In this document: positions 1-7,622 of the stretch, one piece after another | Position numbering within the stretch: position 1 is the stretch's first letter | Layout of the letters: each line of letters opens with the position of its first letter | NCBI GenBank assembly: GCA_900320485.1 | Contig: ONSO01000002.1 | Span: forward strand, 1,187 to 65,186 | Direction: 5' to 3' | Source: an uncultured Lachnospiraceae bacterium | GTDB taxonomy: Bacteria > Bacillota > Clostridia > Lachnospirales > Lachnospiraceae | Length of the DNA stretch: 64,000 nucleotides | The notes under the pieces: model-generated | What the model saw: only the letters and a program-made list of their open reading frames with translations | What the model was told of the DNA's origin: nothing | Database searches by the model: none | Program-made: the position numbers and the translations under genes

Positions 1-85
1 GTTTGATGAATTCCTAAAGACCTTTGACGTCAAGGAAGGCGACAACATGTACCTTGCGCCTGCAGACAGAGTGCTTGTCTGGTAA
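1..85 (+). CDS. 3' end of M13 family metalloendopeptidase (PepO/neprilysin-like), partial
   Basis: Frame 2 reads FDEFLKTFDVKEGDNMYLAPADRVLVW*, the characteristic M13 C-terminus (F..K.GD.MY..P..RV.[IV]W). Not in the ORF track. Confidence 0.8.
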   Translation, partial: FDEFLKTFDVKEGDNMYLAPADRVLVW

Positions 86-154
86 TTGCGAAGAAAGCAA
101 GACGTCACCATGGCGGATGCAGGCTAAGATACCTGCCCGTAAACCTAATCATAC

Positions 155-193
155 AAACTACCGTCAGTCAACTTATTGGCCGGCGGTAGTTTT
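155..193. terminator. Probable bidirectional intrinsic terminator
   Basis: AAACTACCGTCAGTCAA...TTGGCCGGCGGTAGTTTT inverted repeat between convergent genes. Confidence 0.7.
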
Positions 194-196
194 CAT

Positions 197-1177
197 TTAC
201 AATATTTTTCGAAGCCATGCCTTTACCTCAGGACTTGTAAAAGCGGCCTCCACTGCATTGGAAACAAGCGTCCTCTTTTCTTCCCGCGTCAGGTGAAGCA
301 ATTCCTCCACGTAGCGGAATTCCTCTGCCAGCGTGGTTCCTTCAATGCCCATGTCATCCGTATTGACCGTGACCAAAATTCCCTGTCTTAGATATTCCCG
401 CAAAGGATACTTTGTCATGTCCTCCACGGCATGGGTCTGGCGGTTACTGGTAGGGCAAGTCTCCAAAAAAATGCCCCGCTTCCTCACAAGCTCCACTACT
501 TCAGGGTCCTCACCCATGCGGATTCCATGTCCTATGCGGCGGGCGCCATACGTGACGGCAAGCCTTACGCTTTCCGGGCCGTCTGCCTCTCCTGCATGAA
601 TGGTAAAGGGAATTCCTGCCTCTCTCGCTTTTTCGAAAAGCTTCTCATAGTTTTTCGTGGGAAACAGTGCCTCTGCTCCCGCAAGGTCGATGGCAACCAC
701 TCCGCCATCCTCCACAAGATACTTCCTTGCAAGGTGCAGGGTTTCTTCGTTTTGCGCTTCATTTCCCTGTCCCCGCATGCAACAGAGGATCAAATTCACC
801 TTCAGCTTTGTCCGCTTCATGCCTTCCAGCGCCGCCTTTACGGCATCTTCCTGCGTCATGCCCTTTGTACAGTGTAGCTGCGGGGCAAAGCGTATCTCCG
901 CATAAACAACGCCCTGTGAAAGAATGGTATCCCCCACAAGGCGCACGGCTTCGCTAAGCCCTTCCGGCGTTTGCATTAATGACAACGGAAGTTCAAAGCA
1001 TTTTAAGAAATCATTAAGGCTCCGGCAATCCTCCGGAACGGTGAGAAGTCTTAAGAGCTCCCCTTCATCCTCCGGCAGTTCCATTTTCTGAATCTGCGCC
1101 AACCGCCTGGCGATCTTTGGCGTCAAGGCACCATCCAAATGTAAGTGCAGATCTACGTAACGCTCCCCTTGCTCCAT
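197..1177 (-). CDS. add: Adenosine deaminase
   Basis: DLHLHLDG, YAEIRFAP, HAGE, RIGHG, CPTSN and NTDD motifs. Confidence 0.93.
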   Translation of the reverse strand: MEQGERYVDLHLHLDGALTPKIARRLAQIQKMELPEDEGELLRLLTVPEDCRSLNDFLKCFELPLSLMQTPEGLSEAVRLVGDTILSQGVVYAEIRFAPQLHCTKGMTQEDAVKAALEGMKRTKLKVNLILCCMRGQGNEAQNEETLHLARKYLVEDGGVVAIDLAGAEALFPTKNYEKLFEKAREAGIPFTIHAGEADGPESVRLAVTYGARRIGHGIRMGEDPEVVELVRKRGIFLETCPTSNRQTHAVEDMTKYPLREYLRQGILVTVNTDDMGIEGTTLAEEFRYVEELLHLTREEKRTLVSNAVEAAFTSPEVKAWLRKIL

Positions 1178-1223
1178 GGCTTCTCCTTCCTTCCCTTCGT
1201 ACTTCCAAACTGCATGCTCTTTT

Positions 1224-1261
1224 GGCGTGCCCTTCGGCTCGTCCCTCAGTTCATTTGCGAT
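1224..1261. repeat. Degenerate single copy of the GCGTGCCCTTCGGCACGTCCCTC hairpin repeat family
   Basis: GGCGTGCCCTTCGGCTCGTCCCTCAGTTCAT matches the copies at ~27951, 28022, 62609 and 62666. Confidence 0.7.
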
Positions 1262-1356
1262 CGCATGCTTACAATTATTTTACCACGGGATCAAAGCGAG
1301 GGAAAGTCTTTTAGTGCAGGAAATCGTTAGGAAAGAAACCTTTCGGCACCCTCGTC

Positions 1357-2145
1357 TTAGATGACGTAATCCGGCGCTTCGAGAAGGCTCATTTTTCGAA
1401 GGAATTCCTTTGTCCTTTCCTGTCTTGGATTTTGAAAAACTTCCTTGGGCGTTCCGTCCTCAACGATCTTGCCGCCGTCCAGAAAAATGCACCTGTTTGC
1501 CACCTTGCGGATAAAGGCCATCTCGTGAGATACAAGGATCATGGTGTGACCTTCTTCCGCAAGTCGCCGGATGGTTTCCAATACTTCGCCCACCAGCTCC
1601 GGGTCAAGGGAGGAGGTCGGTTCATCCATGAGGATCAGGTCCGGCTTCATGGCAAGCACTCTGGCAATGGCCACTCTCTGCTGCTGCCCGCCGGAGAGAT
1701 GTACGGGATAATGATTGGCCCATTTCTCCATGCCGACTCTGGTAAGTTCCCGGAGAGCGATCTTTCTTGCCTCCTCCTTGCTCTTTTTTTGAACGGTGAC
1801 AAGTCCCTCCATCACGTTCTCAAGAGCAGTCTTTTTTTGAAACAGGTTAAATCGCTGAAATACCATGCCGGTTCGCTGTCTTAGTTCAATAATATTTTTC
1901 TTGTTGGATTTTCTGCCATTGGAAAGGTCAATGGTCTTTCCCTCCAGTTCAATAGAGCCGCTCTCAGGGACCTCCAGCTGATTGATGCAGCGGAGCAGCG
2001 TGGATTTTCCCGTTCCGGAAGGACCAATGACGCCAAGTACGTCCCCTTCACGGATGGTCAGGTCAATGCCGTCTAAAACCACGTTGTCATGAAATTTTTT
2101 ATGCAGGTTTTTAACCGCAAATTGTTTTTTCTCAGCCACCGTCAT
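1357..2145 (-). CDS. Polar amino-acid ABC transporter ATP-binding protein (TcyC/TcyN-like)
   Basis: GPSGTGKS, MVFQRFNLF, LSGGQQQRVAIAR, DEPTSSLDPE. Confidence 0.92.
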   Translation of the reverse strand: MTVAEKKQFAVKNLHKKFHDNVVLDGIDLTIREGDVLGVIGPSGTGKSTLLRCINQLEVPESGSIELEGKTIDLSNGRKSNKKNIIELRQRTGMVFQRFNLFQKKTALENVMEGLVTVQKKSKEEARKIALRELTRVGMEKWANHYPVHLSGGQQQRVAIARVLAMKPDLILMDEPTSSLDPELVGEVLETIRRLAEEGHTMILVSHEMAFIRKVANRCIFLDGGKIVEDGTPKEVFQNPRQERTKEFLRKMSLLEAPDYVI

Positions 2146-2963
2146 GCCTCCCCGGTCAATCGCTCACGCTTTCCAACGACCTTTTTTTGCTTCTCCGGCT
2201 TTTGCCCGTCTGCCTTCCGCGCCCCTTTGCCCTGCTGCTCTGTTTCCAGCTGTGCGGGCTGTTCCGGAATGGCAATTTTCTTTTCGATCAGTTTCAGTAC
2301 GTTCTCAAATAAAATGGTGATGGCCCAATAGATCAGTGCCAAAGAAACGTAAACCTCAAAGTATCTGTAATTTCTGCCTGAGAGGATCTTTCCCTCTGCC
2401 GTCATCTCCACCACCGCACAGGTGAATGCCAGTGAAGTTCCCTTAATGGCATTGATGAAAGAATTCCCAAGGGAGGGAAGTGCCACCGTAAGAGCCTCCG
2501 GGATAATGATCCGGCGAAGGGCCTGCCCGCCCGTCATGCCAAGGGCTGCCGCAGCTTCGTGCTGCCCCTTGTCTACGGATAAGAGGGCCGCGCGAAATAC
2601 CTCTGCGTCAAAAGCCGATTGGTTAAATCCAAGTGCCAGAACCGCATATGCGAATCCCGGAATGGCCGCCACCTTCAGATCACTCCCCGTCTGCTGGTTA
2701 ATATACTTCAAAAGCATGGGAACGCCAAAGTAGGCAATGTATAACTGTACCAGCACGGGCGTACCGCGTACCAGGGATACGTAAAAGGTGGCCAGCTTAT
2801 CCAGCACCTTTACGTGCTTAATCTTAATGACGGCGATCAATAGTCCGAGCAACATGCCAAACAGCGTGGAGGCGATCGCCAGTTCCATGGTGACCGGCAG
2901 ATATTTCAAAAGATCCGGGATCTGCGTAAAAACCAACTTAAAATCAAATATTTTACCGCTCAT
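2142..2963 (-). CDS. Polar amino-acid ABC transporter permease (cystine/glutathione type)
   Basis: RGTPVLVQL, AEVFRAA..SVDKGQHEAA.ALGM (EAA loop). Confidence 0.92.
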   Translation of the reverse strand: MSGKIFDFKLVFTQIPDLLKYLPVTMELAIASTLFGMLLGLLIAVIKIKHVKVLDKLATFYVSLVRGTPVLVQLYIAYFGVPMLLKYINQQTGSDLKVAAIPGFAYAVLALGFNQSAFDAEVFRAALLSVDKGQHEAAAALGMTGGQALRRIIIPEALTVALPSLGNSFINAIKGTSLAFTCAVVEMTAEGKILSGRNYRYFEVYVSLALIYWAITILFENVLKLIEKKIAIPEQPAQLETEQQGKGARKADGQKPEKQKKVVGKRERLTGEA

Positions 2964-2976
2964 GCCTTAATCCAAC

Positions 2977-3882
2977 CTAATTGATCTTACTTTCAAAATC
3001 TTCTGCCGCGGGCGTCGTGGCATATCCGAAATACTGCAGTGAAAGCTTCTCCAACGTTCCATCCTCATAGAGCTGCTTGATGGCTACGTCAATGTCGTCC
3101 CTAAGCTTTTTGCCCTTTTCATCCTTTGCGTAGAGATAATAGGTATTCACCGTGGGAAGAATGTCTGCCAGTGCCTCGGCGTCCAAGGTCACCTTCTTAA
3201 TTCCCTGGAATTGATATTCATCAAAATATGCGGAGATCATGGGGCCGTCATCCAAGGTGAAATCTGCGGCGCCGTCAGCAACCTGCTGATATCTCACTAC
3301 TACGGTCGCATCGGAATAGATTAGCTTGATCTGCTCATCCGGATGCTCCTCATTCCACTGCTCCAGCGCCGCAGTATCACCGCCGGAGGCTCCAACGATC
3401 ACGGAATAGCCTCTGGCCGCAGCATCATGCAGATCCTTTAAGGGTTCATCTCCCTCTCTTTGTACAAAGGCCTTATCCGTCACTTTATAGGGATAGGAGA
3501 AATAATAGGATTCTCCCCTCTGCTCGCGCCATACCCAGTTACCTACGGTTACGTCATAGAGTCCGGACAGAACGCCCGTAAGGCCGTCCGTTGCGGAAAT
3601 ATATTCCGCCTCATATTGGGGAAGGCGATCAATGGCCTCCTTAAACACCGCGTAGTCAAATCCATCCGACGTTCCGTCATCCTTTACGTAAAGATAAGGG
3701 GCGGGACCTTGGCTTACGTGTACCTTGATGGTAGTCACCTGAGCTGAACTTGCATCCCCTCCCTGGGAATTGCCTGCGGCGCTGGCCTTTGCACCGTCCT
3801 TTGCGCCGCATCCGCTCAGCGCTCCCGTAAGAAGCGCCAAGCCTAAAGTAACGGCAAACAGTTTTGTCAATTTATTTTTCAT
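2977..3882 (-). CDS. Amino-acid ABC transporter substrate-binding lipoprotein (SBP family 3)
   Basis: Lipobox LSGC; PY...DG..DGFD; DGTLEKLS..YFG C-terminus; operon context. Confidence 0.88.
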   Translation of the reverse strand: MKNKLTKLFAVTLGLALLTGALSGCGAKDGAKASAAGNSQGGDASSAQVTTIKVHVSQGPAPYLYVKDDGTSDGFDYAVFKEAIDRLPQYEAEYISATDGLTGVLSGLYDVTVGNWVWREQRGESYYFSYPYKVTDKAFVQREGDEPLKDLHDAAARGYSVIVGASGGDTAALEQWNEEHPDEQIKLIYSDATVVVRYQQVADGAADFTLDDGPMISAYFDEYQFQGIKKVTLDAEALADILPTVNTYYLYAKDEKGKKLRDDIDVAIKQLYEDGTLEKLSLQYFGYATTPAAEDFESKIN

Positions 3883-3905
3883 AATCTTTCTCTCCTCAAA
3901 TCAAT

Positions 3906-5138
3906 TTAGTTATTCTTCAAAAGTCCCTTTAAGGGATTTACGGTTACGTCAAAGTCCGGTCTGTAATTGGTCGGCTCTCTGTCCTCCCAGGAAGGAGAGT
4001 TCCAAATGGTCTTAGAGATCTCGGACTGATAATCCTCAGGGGTCTCGCCTTCTGGATGCTTTAAGAACAGGTTTTCAGGATCTGCGGAAAGCTTTGCTCT
4101 CTCGTGATCCGTCGCCCAAAGCTCCTCAAACGGGATCAGGGGCACGATTCTTTCCTCATAGCCCTTGAAGAATCCCTTTCCTCCGCCGATGCCTCTTCCC
4201 TCCCTAAAGAAGGTGTACTTCGCAAACTGAGGAATGGAATAAAGCTCTCTTACGTATCCCCAAATGTTCTTGTACTCGGTGATCCTCTTCTTCATGGGCC
4301 CAATGGACCTAAAGTATCCGGTCTCCCATCTCACCAGGGAAACGTATGCCCGGATGTCGGAATCCGTTACGTAATCGCCAAAGATAAAGCGGTTGGTCTC
4401 CAGTCTCTTATCCAGTTTCTCCAATGAATCGAAGAAATCTTCATAACCCTCATTATAAGCTTCCCATGACACGCCAAATGCCATGCGGTAATGTCCGTTG
4501 TTGATATGAGGGAAGAGCCAGTCATTAAACTCGTCGATTTCCTTTCTGTACTTTTTGGGGTACAGATCCGGCGCATCCACGGGCTGGAACTTTCTGAACT
4601 GTACCTCAATGTAGTTGGAAAGGCGGTGATAGTCGTTGTTTACGGCCTTCTTTTCCTTAACGTCTACAAAGGTCGGCGTGGTGGCGCGTCCCTTATACTC
4701 AGGATTAGCATTCTTGTAAAATTCAGAGAGGAAGTGCACGCCCGTGATGGGATCCTTGAAATCCTTCTGATCAGCAAAACCGTGACCGTACTTGTTGGTC
4801 TCGCCGGAATGGCTCGTGGTCTGATCTGCGATCACGTCCTGCAGTCCCAGAAGATCTCTTGCAATGACGGGGCGGTTAGACCAGTTGCATCCGTGCGCCC
4901 AGTAGATGGCAAACCTGTTTGCCTCCGCCTTGTGTTCTCCTTCCTTATCGCCAAAGGGAACAATGAAGGAATTGGGCTGGCGTACAAATACGCCCCTCTC
5001 GTTTGTTTCATCCTTCTGCTCGTTGGGCCTTGGTGCCAGGCCGCCTGCCTCCTGCGCAAACTTCTCTGCCAACTCATCCGTGTAATCCGTCTTAACGTTC
5101 TCTCTTTTCGTATAATCAAAAGTGCAACTTGCTGCCAT
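3906..5138 (-). CDS. Glutathionyl-hydroquinone reductase / omega-class GST (YqjG-like)
   Basis: G.FVRQ, GCNWS (equivalent of CPWA), Y.GRAT.P, LYP, INNG.Y, RFIFGD.VT.SDIR. Start reassigned to ATG 5138 after RBS AAGGAG. Confidence 0.85.
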   Translation of the reverse strand: MAASCTFDYTKRENVKTDYTDELAEKFAQEAGGLAPRPNEQKDETNERGVFVRQPNSFIVPFGDKEGEHKAEANRFAIYWAHGCNWSNRPVIARDLLGLQDVIADQTTSHSGETNKYGHGFADQKDFKDPITGVHFLSEFYKNANPEYKGRATTPTFVDVKEKKAVNNDYHRLSNYIEVQFRKFQPVDAPDLYPKKYRKEIDEFNDWLFPHINNGHYRMAFGVSWEAYNEGYEDFFDSLEKLDKRLETNRFIFGDYVTDSDIRAYVSLVRWETGYFRSIGPMKKRITEYKNIWGYVRELYSIPQFAKYTFFREGRGIGGGKGFFKGYEERIVPLIPFEELWATDHERAKLSADPENLFLKHPEGETPEDYQSEISKTIWNSPSWEDREPTNYRPDFDVTVNPLKGLLKNN

Positions 5139-5200
5139 GATCTTAATCTCCTTTTCTCTTTTTATTTTTCTTTTTCCTGCCATCCGGCGGAATTTTGGGT

Positions 5201-5236
5201 AAAAAAATAACAGCCTCACTCCCCATGAAACTGCCA
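5201..5236 (-). terminator. Intrinsic terminator (attenuator) in the leader of the GST-ABC operon
   Basis: mRNA TGGCAGTTTCA-loop-TGAGGCTGTTA (11 bp with G-U pairs) followed by T7. Confidence 0.65.
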
Positions 5237-5278
5237 CGTTTACGCATCATAAATCATGAATCCAGTTCATTGGAATCC

Positions 5279-5365
5279 TTACGAGATCCTATACATTTTC
5301 ATCCCTCGCATACAAAGACAACAACATGCCAGCTCCATTCCCATCATAGTATTCTTTCTCATCAT
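5279..5365 (-). CDS. Cys/Met-rich leader peptide, 28 aa (MMRKNTMMGMELACCCLCMRGMKMYRIS)
   Basis: Hand translation; RBS GAAAGGAG just upstream; 4 Cys and 8 Met; lies between a promoter and a terminator. Confidence 0.8.
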   Translation of the reverse strand: MMRKNTMMGMELACCCLCMRGMKMYRIS

Positions 5366-5423
5366 CTTTGCTCCTTTCTTCTGAATGAAAATTTCGAAGT
5401 CGTTTGTTTGCTTCGTTGTTGTT

Positions 5424-5452
5424 ATCATAATACGATTTCGCAGAGTTGTAAA
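5424..5452 (-). promoter_or_regulatory. Sigma-A type promoter
   Basis: TTTACA-17 bp-TATGAT on the minus strand. Confidence 0.65.
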
Positions 5453-5491
5453 TTACGGGGCATTTATCGTTCGTGATAAATGCCGTTTATC
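5452..5491. promoter_or_regulatory. Putative LysR (CmbR-type) binding sites
   Basis: TGATA-N9-TATC at 5474-5491, plus a weaker GATA-N9-TAAT (minus strand) abutting the -35; adjacent to the LysR gene. Confidence 0.55.
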
Positions 5492-5520
5492 GCCGTAAAA
5501 GGGAAGGAGGCGCGCCTTTG

Positions 5521-6426
5521 CTACGCCTCCTTGTATTTCAGCAGCTCTTCCACGTAGGCCTTTCCATACTTTGACAACTCGCCGCCTTTTCTTGTAAGGT
5601 AACCGATCACCAAAGGATCCTCTTCCCTTAATTTCACTGACACCATGCCCTTTAACACGGCATCCTCTTCCGACAACATGCCGGAACCGACGGAATATCC
5701 GCCAAGTCTGGCAATCAGCTCCATGGTGGTCGCCCGGTCATCCGACTTGATCAGCTTAGGGAAATCATAGTCTGCCATGGCTTCCTCTTTGAGGTAAAAA
5801 TGTCCCTCTTCTCCCTGGTCAAAGGACACGCAAGGGTAGCCTCCAAGCTCTTCCAGTGAGATTTCCTTTCTGTCAGCAAATTTATGTCCCTTCCAGAAAT
5901 ACGCGTAGGTTTCCCTTTTCATCAGGGGCACAAATTCCAGCTGGTACTCCTTCAGGAGCTTTTTTAAGGGACCTTCATTGCTGCCGGAATAGGACACGAT
6001 CCCCACCTCACTCTTGAGATCCCTGACGTTTTCCAATACCTCGTGAGTCCTTGTCTCATGGATGGAGAACAGATACTGCTCCGGTTCAAACCGCCTGATC
6101 ACCTCCGCGAAAGACTTTATGGCAAAATTATAATGTTGGGTTGAAACGGAAAATCGTTCCTTTTCTTTTGCGCGGGACAGATAACGTTCCTCCAAAACCT
6201 CATACTGTCCCACCGCCTGCTTTGCATAGGTAATGAACTCCCTGCCTTCCTGCGTCAGGGTGATGCCCTTATTGGTTCTCTCAAAGATCAGTATCCCAAG
6301 CTCCTCCTCCAGCTCACGAATGCTGGCGGAAAGCGCCGGCTGGGATACGTAAAGCTTTGTCGCCGCCTCACGCATGGATGGGGAATGGGCCACGGTCAAC
6401 ACGTATTTTAATTGATTTACGTTCAT
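5521..6426 (-). CDS. LysR family regulator (CmbR/MtaR-like, sulfur amino-acid metabolism)
   Basis: AA.KLYVSQPALS.SIRELEEELG..IFERTNKG; FSVSTQHY.F motif; context. Confidence 0.92.
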   Translation of the reverse strand: MNVNQLKYVLTVAHSPSMREAATKLYVSQPALSASIRELEEELGILIFERTNKGITLTQEGREFITYAKQAVGQYEVLEERYLSRAKEKERFSVSTQHYNFAIKSFAEVIRRFEPEQYLFSIHETRTHEVLENVRDLKSEVGIVSYSGSNEGPLKKLLKEYQLEFVPLMKRETYAYFWKGHKFADRKEISLEELGGYPCVSFDQGEEGHFYLKEEAMADYDFPKLIKSDDRATTMELIARLGGYSVGSGMLSEEDAVLKGMVSVKLREEDPLVIGYLTRKGGELSKYGKAYVEELLKYKEA

Positions 6427-7610
6427 GTATTTTCCTCCAGGCTTCTCCGGATCCTTAAAAGGGCTTCCTCCAGCGTCGCACGGTTTGTCGCCAGGTTTAT
6501 GCGCTGGAATCCCGATCCCGTTTTTCCAAAAATGGCACCGTCATCCAGCCACAGCTTTGCCTTGTGAACAATGAGATCCTCTAACTCCCCGTCGCAGAGA
6601 CCCAGGCCCCGGAAATCCAGCCAGACAAGGTAAGTTCCTTCCGGTTCAATGAGCTCTACGCCCGGGAGATGATCCTTTACAAAGGATCTCAAAAATTTTA
6701 AATTCTCATAAATATATCTGCAGACGGCCTCATGCCATTCCGCACCGTGCTCATAGGCGGCCTTGCAGGCCACGACGCCAAAAGTATTTAACTGGCTGTA
6801 ACCTGCCGCCTGGATCTGCTTGCGAAACTGCCTGCGAAGGCTCTGATTGGGGATCAGGATATTTGCGATCTGCAGACCCGCAAAATTAAAGGTTTTGCTG
6901 GGAGACGTACAGGTAACGCAGTACTCCCTGATCCGCTCGTTAACGCTAAGGAGCGGCACGTGCTTATGGCCCGGATAGATAAAGTCTTCATGGATCTCAT
7001 CACTGACTACCACAACGCCGTAACGGATGCACAGGTCAGCGATGCGCTCCAGCTCTTCCCTGGTCCACACCCTGCCCACGGGATTGTGCGGACTGCAGAG
7101 CATAAACAGTTTTACGTTATATTCCCGCAGCTTTCTCTCGAAATCATCAAAGTCAATGACGTAATGGCCATTTTCCAGTACAAGGTCACTGCTGACAACA
7201 ATGCGGCCATTATCCCTTACAACCTCCGTCAGCGGATAATACACCGGTTGCTGGATGAGCACGTGATCCCCCTCTTTCGTGTAGGCTTTGACGGCAGCCG
7301 CCAGGGCAAATACCACTCCGGGCGTCTTCAGGATCCATTCCGGCTTTATTTCCAGATCGTGTCGCGTTTTCATCCAGTCGGCCAAAGCTTCAAAATAATC
7401 TTCGCGGGTCTCCGTATATCCGAAAATGCCGTGACGGGTGCGTTCCTCTATGGCATCCTGGACGTAGCTGGAGGTCTTAAAGTCCATGTCTGCCACCCAC
7501 AGCGGCAACACGTCCTCCGGCTTCCCCCGCCTTAGGGCAAAGTCCCATTTCAGGCTGTCCGTTTCCCTTCTGTCTACCACTTCGTCAAAATTCAGGTTTC
7601 GTTCGCTCAT
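6423..7610 (-). CDS. patB: MalY/PatB family PLP C-S lyase (cystathionine beta-lyase)
   Basis: PLWVADMDF, LCSPHNPVGRVW, SDEIH, SPSKTFN, EGTYLVWLDF. Confidence 0.92.
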   Translation of the reverse strand: MSERNLNFDEVVDRRETDSLKWDFALRRGKPEDVLPLWVADMDFKTSSYVQDAIEERTRHGIFGYTETREDYFEALADWMKTRHDLEIKPEWILKTPGVVFALAAAVKAYTKEGDHVLIQQPVYYPLTEVVRDNGRIVVSSDLVLENGHYVIDFDDFERKLREYNVKLFMLCSPHNPVGRVWTREELERIADLCIRYGVVVVSDEIHEDFIYPGHKHVPLLSVNERIREYCVTCTSPSKTFNFAGLQIANILIPNQSLRRQFRKQIQAAGYSQLNTFGVVACKAAYEHGAEWHEAVCRYIYENLKFLRSFVKDHLPGVELIEPEGTYLVWLDFRGLGLCDGELEDLIVHKAKLWLDDGAIFGKTGSGFQRINLATNRATLEEALLRIRRSLEENT

Positions 7611-7622
7611 CTGCTCTTCCTC

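Noticed and set aside
1205-1270. Purine riboswitch or hammerhead ribozyme upstream of adenosine deaminase
   Set aside because: CTGAGGGA...CCAAAA does not fit the CUGANGA/GAAA core and no purine aptamer motifs were seen; the segment matches the dispersed repeat family.
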